A stretch of DNA of 64,000 nucleotides. Origin: an uncultured Planctomycetaceae bacterium. Lineage in GTDB: Bacteria; Planctomycetota; Planctomycetia; Planctomycetales; Planctomycetaceae. The translations under genes and the position numbers were made by a program. Position 1 is the stretch's first letter, and every line of letters begins with the position of its first letter. The stretch covers positions 800,001 to 864,000 of the forward strand of contig CAWFGE010000012.1 of assembly GCA_963815195.1 (NCBI GenBank). Direction: 5' to 3'. Of the stretch, positions 32,776 through 44,200 are shown one piece after another. The notes below the pieces were generated by a model. The model was not told the origin of the DNA and ran no database searches. It saw only the letters and a list, made by a program, of their open reading frames with translations.

Positions 32776-34233
32776 ATGAAACATCTTCTTGTTAAAGCCG
32801 CGTTGACCGTTTGGCTCGCGGGCGGTCTGTGTTTCAGCCACGTTTCCATCGCGCGTGCAGAGTCGCCGATTTCGCTGCATCCGGAGAATCCGCACTACTT
32901 TCTCTGGAAGGGAAAACCGACGGTGCTGGTCACCTCCGGCGAGCATTACGGGGCCGTGCTGAATTTGGATTTCAATTATGCCCGCTATCTGGCGGAACTC
33001 GCAAAAGACGGCCTGAACCATACCCGCACGTTTTCCGGCGTGTATCGCGAGATTCCCTCGTCCTTCGGCATCACCGACAATCCCCTCGCGCCCAAGCCCG
33101 GCCGGTATCTCGCGCCGTGGGCGCGCAGCGATCAGCCGGGCGATTTCGACGGCGGCCGCAAGTTCGACTTGACCCGGTTCGACAATAAGTACTTCGAGCG
33201 GCTCAAGGATTTTATGAAAGAGGCCCAAAAGCGGGGCGTCGTTGTCGAGTTCAACCTGTTCTGCCCGATGTATAACGACCAGCTCTGGCGAGCCTGCCCG
33301 ATGAACGCCGCGAACAATGTCAACAACATCGGCGATTGTCCGCGCATGGAAGTTTACACGGGAAAACACAAAGGCCTCCTGGAGGTGCAACTCGCCGTGA
33401 CGCGAAAGATCGTCGGCGAACTCAAGGACTTCGACAACCTGTATTACGAAGTGTGCAACGAGCCTTACTTCGGCGGGGTGACGCTGGATTGGCAGCACCG
33501 GATTGTCGATGCCATCGCGGACGCCGAGAAAGACTTTTCGCATCCGCATTTGATTTCGATGAACATCGCCAACGGCCGGGCCAAGGTCGAAAAGCCGCAT
33601 TCCAAGGTGTCGATCTTCAATTTCCATTACTGCGTGCCGCCGGATGCGGTGGCGATGAATTACGGGCTGGGCCGCGCGATCGGCGAGAACGAGACCGGCT
33701 TTCGCGGACGGGAGGATCTCTTGTATCGCACTGAGGGCTGGGATTTTTTGCTGGCGGGCGGGGCGCTTTATAACAACCTGGACTACTCGTTTACGCCCGC
33801 GCATCCGGACGGGTCGCTCAAGGATTACCGATCGCCTGGCGGCGGCAGTCCGGAACTGCGGAAGCAGTTGGGGCACCTCAAGACGTTTATGCAGTCGGTC
33901 GATTTTGTCCACATGCAGCCGGCGGGCGGCGTGATTCGCAAAGTCGCGACCAAGCTGACGGCTTCCGCGCTCGCCGATCACGGCCGGTCTTATGCGATCT
34001 ATCTGCATGTGCCGCTGCCCAACAAGCCGAAGAACCTCAAGCAGCAGTTGCGGGAGGGGATCGAATCCGAGCTCACGCTCGACCTGCCCAAGGGCCGGTA
34101 TCGCGTGGAATGGGTGGACACCAAGACCGGCAAGCCGGCGCGCGGCGAAAACCTCGACCACCCCGGCGGCGACGCCATGCTCAAATCCCCCGCCTTCGCC
34201 AACGACATCGCCCTCCGCATCGTCGCCCGTTGA
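32776..34233 (+). CDS. Secreted glycoside-hydrolase-like TIM-barrel protein (clan GH-A-like)
   Basis: Signal peptide; YFERLKDF, EVCNEP (acid/base-like), ENETG (nucleophile-like); C-terminal YRVEWVDTKTG beta-domain. Confidence 0.75.
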   Translation: MKHLLVKAALTVWLAGGLCFSHVSIARAESPISLHPENPHYFLWKGKPTVLVTSGEHYGAVLNLDFNYARYLAELAKDGLNHTRTFSGVYREIPSSFGITDNPLAPKPGRYLAPWARSDQPGDFDGGRKFDLTRFDNKYFERLKDFMKEAQKRGVVVEFNLFCPMYNDQLWRACPMNAANNVNNIGDCPRMEVYTGKHKGLLEVQLAVTRKIVGELKDFDNLYYEVCNEPYFGGVTLDWQHRIVDAIADAEKDFSHPHLISMNIANGRAKVEKPHSKVSIFNFHYCVPPDAVAMNYGLGRAIGENETGFRGREDLLYRTEGWDFLLAGGALYNNLDYSFTPAHPDGSLKDYRSPGGGSPELRKQLGHLKTFMQSVDFVHMQPAGGVIRKVATKLTASALADHGRSYAIYLHVPLPNKPKNLKQQLREGIESELTLDLPKGRYRVEWVDTKTGKPARGENLDHPGGDAMLKSPAFANDIALRIVAR

Positions 34234-34474
34234 AAATCCTTCTCAAATCCGGACGCAGGCGAGCCGCTTACGCGCGGCTCAACTGCGTTCCCGTTCTCCC
34301 ATCTCCCGTTCTCCCCTTCTCCCAATCTCCCGCTCTTTACGGATCCGCTCTGACATTCTGCCCAGATGTCGTTGCGAACATGCCGACTTGTTCCAGTTTG
34401 GTTCGCTTTCAAAAAAGTCAAACTTTTCTCATTTTCTTTGCCCGGTCGCTTTTTCCATTCACGACTAAAGGGGT

Positions 34475-34509
34475 GTGACACGATTCGGAAACCGGAAAGC
34501 CCCCCATAA
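34475..34509 (+). promoter_or_regulatory. Putative ECF-type bipartite promoter or operator motif
   Basis: GTGACACG-N16-GCCCCCCATAA; a near-identical motif lies on the minus strand at 44947-44979. Confidence 0.4.
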
Positions 34510-34586
34510 ACGGCTTCGGGTTTCCTCCCCGTCAAGGTCATCGATGGATGATTTTGATTTTCTGCCCTTTGAATAGGAAAAGCCGA

Positions 34587-35666
34587 ATGAAAAACGCCGT
34601 CGATCAATTTTTTGCTGAGGATGTGGCCGCGTTGACCGCCGGACTCGCAGAACTGGAAGAGCATATCGAGCCCTTAGAACTGCCCGAGGACGACGCGGTG
34701 CTCGGCGATTTGGAACTGCTGATGGGGCGGGCCTTGGACGCTTGCCGCCGGCTCGATGCGGTGATTGGCGGCGACGCCGATTTGTTGAAAGCCACTCAAG
34801 AGCGGTTCCGCGAAGCGACGGCTCCCTGGTGTGGACAAAGCTGGATCATCCACCGCGCCCGCTCCAAGCCCCGCGGCTTCCCCGGCGATTATCAGATGCT
34901 CTCGGCGATTTACGATGGCATTCCCGTCTCCCGCGGCCTGGGCGGTTATCTCGACCGGGCGTGCCTCAAGATGACGTTGGGCCGCGCGGTCGATGCCCGG
35001 ATGCGGGACGCCCGCCGGTTCCTCCAAACCGAACTGGCCGACCGCGAAGGCGAGGTGACCATTCTGGATGTCGCCTCCGGTCCTTGCCGGGAATACCGGG
35101 GCGGGCTGCACGTCAATGGTCCCCGCGCGATCCAGGTGACCTGCGTGGATTCGGACGAAAGCGCTCTCCATTACGTGTGCCGGAACATCGCGAAGACCAC
35201 CCCCCGGAACATCCGGTTCGATTGCGTCCGCCACAACGCCCTCCGCATGCGTTCCGCGGCCGCGATCGTCGAAAAGTTCGGCCGCAACGACATTATCTAC
35301 AGCGTGGGCCTTGCGGATTACATTTCCGACAAGCTGTTGATCCCCATGCTGAGCGCCTGGAAAGACGCCGTGAATCCGGGCGGCGTGGTGTACGTCGCCT
35401 TCAAAGATTGCCTCCGGTACGACAAGGTCGAATACCAATGGCTGATGGATTGGCATTTCCTCCAGCGCACCGAGGAAGACTGCCGGAAGCTGCTCGAGTT
35501 GGCGGGCTACGACATGGACCAGATCGAAACGAGCCGGGACGAAACGGGCGTCATCATTCACTATGTGAGCCGGTCCAAGGTGCCCGCGTTTGTTCGCATC
35601 GATTCCGAATCGCAGCCGGTCCCGCAATCGATCCTGGCCCGTCAGACCGCGGAAGTGCCATCGTAA
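34587..35666 (+). CDS. Class I SAM methyltransferase, PhcB-like
   Basis: RARSKPRGFPGDYQMLSAIY, ILDVASGPCRE, VDSDESAL, DIIYSVGLADYI, MDWHFLQRTEED. Confidence 0.75.
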   Translation: MKNAVDQFFAEDVAALTAGLAELEEHIEPLELPEDDAVLGDLELLMGRALDACRRLDAVIGGDADLLKATQERFREATAPWCGQSWIIHRARSKPRGFPGDYQMLSAIYDGIPVSRGLGGYLDRACLKMTLGRAVDARMRDARRFLQTELADREGEVTILDVASGPCREYRGGLHVNGPRAIQVTCVDSDESALHYVCRNIAKTTPRNIRFDCVRHNALRMRSAAAIVEKFGRNDIIYSVGLADYISDKLLIPMLSAWKDAVNPGGVVYVAFKDCLRYDKVEYQWLMDWHFLQRTEEDCRKLLELAGYDMDQIETSRDETGVIIHYVSRSKVPAFVRIDSESQPVPQSILARQTAEVPS

Positions 35667-35690
35667 CGCATCGTGGGAAAGGCATCCTAG

Positions 35691-35762
35691 AGAGCCGCGC
35701 ACGAAGTAAGCGGTTTTCAGGGAATTAGATAACGCAAGACCGCTTACTTCGTGCGCGGCTCT
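35691..35762. repeat. REP doublet with the same 22-bp core as 12324-12474
   Basis: AGAGCCGCGCACGAAGTAAGCGGT (35691-35714) and its exact reverse complement (35739-35762). Confidence 0.92.
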
Positions 35763-35943
35763 CATAACTGAGCTGGCAGCCTCCGATCCCTGACTTGTCA
35801 GTTCAGAACGCAAGCGAGGAAACACCCCGTTGCCTCGCTTGCGTTTTTGCGCGGACTGGGCAGAGCCAGGCGGGTGTGGTATGAACCGGGAAAGAGGATT
35901 TTCATCTTCCCCGCGCGAGCACCTGCCTGGAAAGGACGGCCGA

Positions 35944-37292
35944 ATGACACAGCGGATTTTGAGCATCTCGGGACTGCGGGGCGTGATCGGGGACGGGCTC
36001 GATCCCGGTTATGTTTCCCAGTTTGCAATGGCGCTCGGCACGTTGTTTGAAGGCGGGCAGGTCGTGCTCGCGCGGGACGGGCGTTCCACGGGGCCGATGA
36101 TCAAGCACGCGGTCCTCGCGGGGCTGCTCGCCGCGGGTTGCCGGGTCATCGATGCCGGCATCGCTTCGACCCCGACCTGCGGCGTTTTGGTGAATCATCT
36201 CAACGCCGCGGGCGGGCTGCAGATCACGGCCAGCCACAATCCCGTCCAGTGGAACGGCCTGAAGCCTTTCTCTCCCGCCGGATCGGTGTTCGATCATGAA
36301 TTGGGAGAGACGCTGCTCGAATTGCTCGTCGAGCAGCAGTATCGGCTCGCGGCATGGGACGAACTGGGCGCGGTGGAAGTGCAGGAGGACCTGGGCGTCG
36401 TGCACCTGGAGCGGGTGTTCGACCTTGTGGATCGGCTCGCCATCCGCGAACGCCGATTGAAAGTCGTGCTCGATTGCAACCACGGCTCCGGGGCGATGCT
36501 CGGGCCGAAGCTGCTCGCCGAACTGGGCTGCGAGGTGCACGTGCTCGGCGGCATGGCGGACGGCCTGTTCGATCACCCCCCGGAACCCGCCAAGGAAAAT
36601 CTCACCGACCTCTGCGATGTCGTCAAAACGCTCGGGGCGGACGTGGGATTCGCGCAGGATCCCGACGCCGACCGCCTGGCGATCGTCGATGAGACCGGGC
36701 GTTACATCGGCGAAGAGCTGACCTTGGGCCTGTGCGCGGATCATGTGCTTTCCCGCCGGCCCGGTCCGGTCGTCGTCAACGGCTCGACCAGCCGGGTGAC
36801 GCAGGATCTCGCGGAGAAATACGGCTGCCCGTTTTTTCGCTCGCACGTCGGCGAAGCCAACGTCGTCGCCAAGATGCGCGCGGTCTCCGCGGTCCTGGGC
36901 GGCGAAGGCAACGGCGGCGTGATCGATCCCCAGGTCGGCTACGTCCGCGACAGCTTTTTGAGCATGGCCTATGTCCTGGAAGGCCTGGCGCTCGGAAAGC
37001 CCAGCGTCTCGGCGTGGGCGGATTCGCTGCCGAGCTACAGCATCGTCAAAAACAAGCTGACCTGCCCGCGCAAAAAGTGGACCTCGCCTGCGACGCCCTC
37101 ACGCAGGCTTACAGGGACGCCACGTCGACCGAAGGCGACGGCCTCCGCCTGGATTGGCCGGACCGCTGGGTGCAGGTCCGGGCCTCGAACACCGAACCGA
37201 TCCTGCGGGTGATCGCCGAGGCCCCGGACGAATCGGCCGCCCTGGAACTCTGCTCTGATGCCATGACCCGCGTCCAAGCCGCCGTCGGATGA
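35944..37292 (+). CDS. Phosphohexomutase (phosphoglucosamine mutase/phosphomannomutase family); apparent 1-nt deletion at about 37072-37076
   Basis: SISGLRG, TASHNP, DPDADR, GEGNGG. The C-terminal DGLRLDW...VRASNTEPILRV is in the adjacent frame. Confidence 0.92.
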
Positions 37293-37447
37293 CGGGGAGC
37301 GATAAACATTGTCCGCCGCGCCGCGAGTCGCTACAGTTGACCTCCGGTCTTGGCTTTGGAAATATCGCTTCATCGAAACCGGTGACTAGCGCCGACCGCT
37401 CATATTTTCAAACCGATTCTTAGGCAGCCAACTGAGGAGAGAACCAC

Positions 37448-38554
37448 GTGAGCGACAAAGTGCGGATTGGAATTGTTGGGGCCGGGGCGGTTTCGGATTA
37501 TCACCATGTGCCGGGGATTCGAATCGATTCCCGCTGCGAGTTGGTGTCGGTGTGTGATCCGAACGAAGCTTTGCTCGAACAACGCCAAAAGGATTGGGGG
37601 CCGACGAAGAAGACGACCAAATACGAAGAGGTCGCAGAAGACCCCGACGTGGACGCGGTGATCGTCGCCACCCCGAACTTCACGCATCTGCCGATCAGCA
37701 TGGCGTGCATCAACAACGGCAAGCACGTGATGTGCGAAAAACCGTTAGGGCTGAACTATCACGAATCTTTCAAGATGTACCACGCCGCGAAGGAGAAGGG
37801 CGTCCGGCACATGACGGCATTTACCTACCGCTTTGCCCCGTCGATGCGGTATGTCCGGCATCTGGTGAAGACGGGAGCCCTCGGGACGCCCCGGCATTTT
37901 CGCAGCCAGCGGTTTTTGGAATGGCCCGAAACGAGCTGGGGCTGGCGGCAATACAAAAAGACCGCCGGGGCCGGGGACTTGTTCGACATGACGATCCACC
38001 GCATCGACTTCGCCCAGGATCTGATGGGCCAAATCAAAAGCGTCTGCGGAGCCGTCGCCCAGTTCGTGCCCCGCGACAAAACCGCCGACGGCCAGCCCTG
38101 CGAGCCGTCCGAAGTGGACGACTGGTCTTCCCTGATCGGCATGTTCGAAAGCGGGGCCGTCGGCGTCTGGGAAGGCAGCACGCTGATGAAGGGCTATCAC
38201 AACGACGGCTTCGGCTACGAATGGGCCGAGGTCAATGGCAGCGAAGGCTCGGCCGCGTATCAACTCACCGATCCCAACAACGTCATGGTCGGCCTGGGCG
38301 GGAAACCGATGCAGAAGCAACCGGTGCCCGACGAGTTCCTTGTGATCCCCGGCAGTCCCCGCCCGCCGCACGAAGGCGTGCCGAGCACGGTGTTCCGCTA
38401 CGACCTGGTGTACGAGTTCGTCTCGGCGATTGTGGAAGGCCGGGACGCGGTGCCCGGTTTCGACCACGGCGCGAGCGCCCAAGCCGTCGCCGACGCCGTC
38501 CTGGAGTCGTTCGATCAAAAACGGTGGATCGATTTGGAGACGATGCTGAGTTAA
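37448..38554 (+). CDS. Gfo/Idh/MocA family oxidoreductase
   Basis: IGIVGAG, DAVIVATPNFTH, KHVMCEKP, DMTIHRID; GAGGAG RBS. Confidence 0.93.
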   Translation: MSDKVRIGIVGAGAVSDYHHVPGIRIDSRCELVSVCDPNEALLEQRQKDWGPTKKTTKYEEVAEDPDVDAVIVATPNFTHLPISMACINNGKHVMCEKPLGLNYHESFKMYHAAKEKGVRHMTAFTYRFAPSMRYVRHLVKTGALGTPRHFRSQRFLEWPETSWGWRQYKKTAGAGDLFDMTIHRIDFAQDLMGQIKSVCGAVAQFVPRDKTADGQPCEPSEVDDWSSLIGMFESGAVGVWEGSTLMKGYHNDGFGYEWAEVNGSEGSAAYQLTDPNNVMVGLGGKPMQKQPVPDEFLVIPGSPRPPHEGVPSTVFRYDLVYEFVSAIVEGRDAVPGFDHGASAQAVADAVLESFDQKRWIDLETMLS

Positions 38555-38596
38555 AATGACGGTCACTTATGGAGATCCCTCGCGCGAGGCCGTCCC

Positions 38597-40060
38597 ATGT
38601 CATTGACTTCCCAAAACCGCAGGGCACGGTCCATCAAGGCGGCGATTTTTGCCTGCTTGGCGATCGTTTTTGCGCTCGACCTGGTCGTGCCGATCGGGAA
38701 CGCCGTCGGTGTGCCTTATGTGGCGGTCATTCTGCTCACGCTCTGGCTGCCCGACCGCAAGAGCATATTCCGCACCGCCGCGCTGATTACCGTGTTGGCG
38801 ACGATCGGATTTTTCTCACCGCCGCCGGAAGGCCCGCTGTTTTCGCTGGCCCTCAAGAACCGCTTGATTGCAATGGGCGTCGTGTGGATCACCGCGGTCT
38901 GGGGCAACATGCTCCTCAAAGAGCAGGATGCCACCCGGAAGGAGCGGGACTTTAGCGAGAGCCTCGTGGAGACGGCCTCGTCCATCATTCTGCTGTTGGA
39001 CACCGAGGCCCGGATTCTGTTTTTCAACCGCAGCACAGCCGACTGCCTGGGCTACCTGCTCGAGGAAGTCGGGGGCCGGGACTGGTTTGAAACCTGCGTT
39101 CCCGAACCGGAACGGCAGCGGGCTCGCCGGCTGTTTCGGCAAAGCGTGGACGAAGGGGCCGGGCGGGACAGCCAGTTTTCGGTGCTCACGCGCGACGGCC
39201 GGCTTTTTCAGTTTTCCTGGTCGTCCAAGCCGATGCGGGACGCGGATCTCGAAGTCGCGCAGGTGTTGTACGTCGGCCAGGACATCACGTCCCTTTTGGA
39301 CGCCCAACAGCGGCTCGTGGCCACGGAACGGCTCGCCGCGATCGGCCAAACGATCGCCGCTGTCTCCCACGAGACCCGCAACGAACTCCACGTCCTCAAG
39401 ATCGGATTGGAGATGCTTTCGGCGGCGGTTGGCGACCCCAAGTTTCAGCAAATCCTCGGACATATGCAAAACAGCCAAGTGCGGTTGCAACGTCTGCTCG
39501 AAGATCTGAGGCACTTCGCCGGGCCCTTGCATCTCGAACGCTCGGTCGTTTCGCTGAACGACATTTGGCAAAAAGCCTGGTCCAGCCTGGCCGCGGTGCG
39601 CGAAGGCCGCGATGTCGAAATGGAAGAGACCATCCGCTGCCCGCTGCTCCAATGTTCGGTCGATGCCCTCCGGATCGAGCAGGTGTTTCGCAACCTGTTC
39701 GAGAACTCGCTGGCGGCGCGCTCCGATCCCGTGTGGATCGAAGTCGCCGCTTCGACCAGTCTTTATGACGGCAAACAATTCCTCGAAGTCTCCGTCCGCG
39801 ACAACGGACCCGGCCTTTCCCCCGAAGCGAAACAGAAAGTCTTCGAACCGTTCTACACCACCAAGCAACAAGGCACCGGCTTGGGGATGGCCATCAGCAA
39901 ACGGATCCTGGAAGCCCACGGCGGCGATTTGAGCCTCGGCCATCCCAAAGCCGGCGGTGCCCAGTTCATCCTCCAACTCCCGCTCTCCGAACCGGCGCCC
40001 GAACCGGCACCCGCCCCGCACAATTCGCGAAACGAATCGGAGAACCTCACCGTCCATTAG
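38597..40060 (+). CDS. Membrane-bound PAS sensor histidine kinase
   Basis: N-terminal TM helices; PAS (ILFFN...GRDWFE); H-box VSHETRNEL; QVFRNLFENS, DNGPG, FEPFYTTK, GTGLGMAI. Confidence 0.93.
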   Translation: MSLTSQNRRARSIKAAIFACLAIVFALDLVVPIGNAVGVPYVAVILLTLWLPDRKSIFRTAALITVLATIGFFSPPPEGPLFSLALKNRLIAMGVVWITAVWGNMLLKEQDATRKERDFSESLVETASSIILLLDTEARILFFNRSTADCLGYLLEEVGGRDWFETCVPEPERQRARRLFRQSVDEGAGRDSQFSVLTRDGRLFQFSWSSKPMRDADLEVAQVLYVGQDITSLLDAQQRLVATERLAAIGQTIAAVSHETRNELHVLKIGLEMLSAAVGDPKFQQILGHMQNSQVRLQRLLEDLRHFAGPLHLERSVVSLNDIWQKAWSSLAAVREGRDVEMEETIRCPLLQCSVDALRIEQVFRNLFENSLAARSDPVWIEVAASTSLYDGKQFLEVSVRDNGPGLSPEAKQKVFEPFYTTKQQGTGLGMAISKRILEAHGGDLSLGHPKAGGAQFILQLPLSEPAPEPAPAPHNSRNESENLTVH

Positions 40061-40087
40061 CCAAGCTGTCATCGACAAGGATTGGAA

Positions 40088-40114
40088 CCGCGGATGACGC
40101 GGATTCTCGCGGAT
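40088..40114. repeat. Short direct repeat CGCGGAT x3 (9-10 nt period)
   Basis: CCGCGGATGACGCGGATTCTCGCGGAT between convergent genes. Confidence 0.5.
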
Positions 40115-40189
40115 GTCCAAGGGAAAAATTGAAACCACAAAATCAGGGCGGCAGACCGCAGCAGCCAAAGCCTCATATGATTCTGTTCC

Positions 40190-40525
40190 TCATGATTTTC
40201 TGATCTCTGGATCGCCCCTGTCGCAAACGCCAAACTCCGCCCACGTAAAGCTCGGCGGTTGATGCAAACTTCCCGGCTGGACGATCAACGTCGCCGGGCC
40301 GCGCGGCGTGATGCAATCGAAGACAACCTGGGGGCCATGTTCCGTTTGGACTTCCCGGCGGGAAAGAACTTCGATCCGCTCGCCGCGCCAAACCGTGACC
40401 GAGGGCGGTTCGAGCGACAGCCAAAACGCATCGCTGGGCGAAGCGCGAACCGCATCCGTCCGGAGCCAGGCCTCCAAGAGCGATCGCAGACGGCTCCAAA
40501 TCCCGCCGAGTCCCTTACGCCTCAT
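40190..40525 (-). CDS. Small hypothetical protein overlapping the pspA stop
   Basis: ATG 40525 lies in the last codons of pspA. The 111-aa product MRRKGLGGIWSRLRSLLEAWLRTD... has an amphipathic N-terminus followed by beta-like segments. Confidence 0.55.
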   Translation of the reverse strand: MRRKGLGGIWSRLRSLLEAWLRTDAVRASPSDAFWLSLEPPSVTVWRGERIEVLSRREVQTEHGPQVVFDCITPRGPATLIVQPGSLHQPPSFTWAEFGVCDRGDPEIRKS

Positions 40526-41195
40526 CGGTTTCGACGCGGCGTTTGAGTTCTTCAAATTCCCGCTCCAGTTGCTCTTTGCGTTCTTGTTCCGCCAGACGTT
40601 TGCGTTCCTCGGTTTTCGCGTCGCGGGCCTCCAATCGTTCAAAGGCCTGGCAGAGGGATTCGGCTTGTTCCACCTGTTGTTCGAGTTGATGAAACTGCGC
40701 GGCCGCCGACGGGCCCGTCGTGAACTCCAGCGCCCGGCTGATTTGCTCGGCCGTCTCCGCGCGGACCATTCTCGCGAGCAGCAGCCTTTGTTTGTGGCGG
40801 GCCTGCAGAATCTTATCTTCCAGATCGCGAAACGCCTCTTGCAATTTGCGGGTTTGCTCGCGCTGGGTCTCGTAAACCGCCACGAGCATTCCGAGCCGCT
40901 CTTCCACCGTCTGCTTTTGCTGGAGCGCGGACCGGGCCCCGGCTTCATCCCCGCTCTTGAGCCGACTCGCCGATTCGTTCATGCAGCGGTCAACGGCGGC
41001 CCGCAGCTTTTCGACTTCCTTGCCCAATTGGATCTCGTCGCCGATGGCTTCCACCATAAACGAGCGGGCCAATTCCAATTCTTCTTCCATGTCGAGGATG
41101 AGTTGATGAAGCACGCGTTCGGGATCTTCGACCTTCTCGCGGAGCGTCGCAATCTGCGACCGCATGAGGAGCGTGAATGTATTCAACCAATTCAT
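40515..41195 (-). CDS. pspA: PspA/IM30 (ESCRT-III-like) family protein
   Basis: N-terminal amphipathic helix; EKVEDPERVLHQLILDMEEEL; GDEAGARSAL; coiled coil; C-terminal EFEELKRR. Confidence 0.88.
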   Translation of the reverse strand: MNWLNTFTLLMRSQIATLREKVEDPERVLHQLILDMEEELELARSFMVEAIGDEIQLGKEVEKLRAAVDRCMNESASRLKSGDEAGARSALQQKQTVEERLGMLVAVYETQREQTRKLQEAFRDLEDKILQARHKQRLLLARMVRAETAEQISRALEFTTGPSAAAQFHQLEQQVEQAESLCQAFERLEARDAKTEERKRLAEQERKEQLEREFEELKRRVETDEA

Positions 41196-41271
41196 CGGAT
41201 CGCCTTTCCTAGAGTGAAACGCAAAATGTGAAAACCGAAATTGCAGAGAACAGGATTGGCTCTGGGCACCC

Positions 41272-44200
41272 TCATTCCCACGTCTCCAGCTTCGCGGCGA
41301 GGAGGCGGAGTCGCTGCAGGACTTCTTCGCGGTGCTTCTCGCAATAGGCGGCGAGGGAAATCACGGAGAGGCCCACGACAATCCCCGCGATCCACAACAG
41401 CGTCGGGTTGTCGATGCTGCCCCGCACAACCATCGCGAGCAAATCCCCCACGAGAAAACCCGTGCCCGTATACATGAGGGCCCGGATGCGAAGCCCCATT
41501 GCGGTCAAGGTGACGGCGACCGAGGCGACCATCAGCGTGACCAGATGCAGCCAACTGCCGCCGACGATGTGAAACACCGGCGAGACGAGAATCACGAGCG
41601 CCCCCAGGTAGCGGAGCGGGTCGTGGGCTTTTTCGGGGATCTCCTCTTTCAAAAGCTGCACGAGCGCGAGGATGGAAATGCCCAGCGGGATCGCGAACAG
41701 TTGCGGATCGTGCCAATCGAGTTCCCGCCACAAGAGCACCAAGGCGACGTTCAAAATCCCCGCCGCGGCCAACAGCCACGATTTGCGCTGTTCTTCGATG
41801 CCCCGCCAGAAATAAAACCCGGACGCCAGCAACAACGCGAGGCTGTTCATGCCCAGCCAGAGCGAGTGCTCGACCGCAACATGCCGAACGATGCCCAGGC
41901 CCACCGTCACCGCGGGCAGGACGTACCCCGTCGACAACAGCGGCCGGGAAAGCACGTTCCATGTCTCGCGATTCGCGCAAAGATGGCCCAGGATCCACGC
42001 GGCCCAGCCCGTCACGAGCACGGCATACAGGCTGAGGCCCGATCCCAGACGGATCACGCCGAACAAGAGCAGATAACCCACCATCGCGAGCGCTATCCCC
42101 TCCGCCGTCCACACAGGAGCCTCGTCCTGATTGCGAAGGGCCTCGCGAATCTGGTCTGCGATCAAAAGCTGAAACACGGCCGCGGCGAAGAAGACTTCCG
42201 CCCAGTTCAAGCCGGCGGGGAGCAATCTGAAACTCATCGCCAGGCCGAAACACGCGACACCCAGCAGCATCAGCCGGTGAAAGCTGACGAACTCGCCGAG
42301 CGAATCGTTCTCGCGGCGGGCCGGCAGATTCCAAACCAGCCGGCTCGCGGCGGCTCCCAAAGCCAACGGCAGCGACAAGGCGACCAGGGCTGCTTGATTT
42401 AACTGAAAGATCGAAGAAACGTCCGGCACCGCGAGCTGAATCAGTCCGCACAACAACTGCCAGTTGCCGAGCGCCAAGGCGACGTGACGCAGCGCGGCGT
42501 TTTGCCAACCGCCGGCCAGCCAGAACAACCCCGCAAGCGAAATCAAACCGGCCAGCCGGGATTGAAGGAGAAACACCGGCAGCGTCGCCACGGCCAGCAC
42601 GACGAACAACACCATCGCGCATCGGCCCAACGGTTCCGCGATATAATGGCGGAATTTCTGAACGGGTTCTCCGGTCTCGTCGACTTCCACGAGCCAGGTC
42701 CACTCAAGCGGGCGGGGGACGAAAGGCACGGCCAGCAATCCCACCGCGGCCCAGATCAGCGGGAGCCAGGAATAGGCGTCGTACGACGGCGTCCAGAACG
42801 TCACCGCAGCCGCGGCCGTCAATCCCAGAACGCCGGCACAACCGACATACGTCCAAAACGAAGACCGCAGCCGGCGGGCGGCGTCAAAGGCCCAGGCAAT
42901 GGAAACCAGCGAACTGCTCCACCAAAACCCCGCCGGCGGATGGACGATCGCCATCCCGAACCGCGGCAGGTAGAACAGAATCAATCCCACCGCCAACACG
43001 CCGCCGGACACCCGCTCGCTCGCGGAACCGAAAGCTTTCGAGACTCGGCCCACGGCAAACCGTTTCAGCAGAATGGACACGATCCAAAGCGCGCCGGCGA
43101 TCAGCGTGCCCGCGGAAAGAATGGCGGCTTCGGCCACTCCCAAACCGCGGGCGATCAGCACGGCATACAGGCCGGCGAACAGCAGGGCCAAAATGCTCAA
43201 GGACTCTTGGCACCAGCGATACGCATGCGTCAACAGCAAGCCGCACAGGCACGCCCCCGACATCCACGGCAGGTGGTCCGCGGGAAAACTGCTCCATTGC
43301 CGCGTCCAGACGAGGCACAACATCCCGGTGAGCAAAAGACTCGCCGCGTCGCCGATCGCGTAAGGATGCGAAGAGGTGAGTTTGTCATCGCCCGCAGGCG
43401 CGGCCGGCCGCAAAAATCGATCGGGCAACAACAACAGCGCTGCGGAGAGGCTCATCACGAAGAGCGACGTTTCGGGGGTGATCGCCCAATGCAGCACGTG
43501 CTCTAAAAACGGCGTGAGACCGAAGCTCATCGTTAGCCAGGCCGCGACCAGACCGAACCGCAGCCGGGGTTCGCGGAACGCGAGCATCTGCAAGCCGATC
43601 ATTGCCAGCGACGCCAGCCCCACCGGGAAGATCGCCTTGATGTGGGTAAAGGACACCGCCCACAGCACCGCGGTCACGCCCATGACGAACGCTTGCGTCG
43701 GGCGGGCGAATAACTCCTGCCCGCGCTTCCGGCAAATCACCGCAACCAACGTGGCGGCGATGAGCAGCGGCAAGTAGGTCAGTCCATAAAATGCGATCGG
43801 CAACCGGGATTCGGACACCGCCGCCGCCCCGCGGTGCACCACGGTTCTCGCCAGTTCCTGAAAGAACACCGGCGTCGCCTGATAGCAGAGCACAACGCCG
43901 ACCCACATCGCCCATACAAAGCCGGGATGTTTCGTCCGCCGGGCCACCTGCAGAAAGACCGCCGCGGCGAGGAGTGCCGTCGGGACCGCGGCGGGAGAAT
44001 GCGGAAACTCCAACCACGACAGAACGACGCCGGCGATGGACAATCCCATTCCCACCAAAAGCGGAATCACCAAGCTCCAAGGCAGCGGCCGGACCAGATT
44101 TCCGGTGCGATTCGCGAACACGTCCGCCAAGGCGTCGGCCGTCATCAACACGGGAACGGCGGTGAGCACCAGCCCAAAGCCGATCCAAGGCAGCGGCACG

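Noticed and set aside
40173..40499. 108-aa ORF downstream of pspA
   Set aside because: The alternative frame 40190..40525 has an ATG coupled to pspA and a more protein-like composition.
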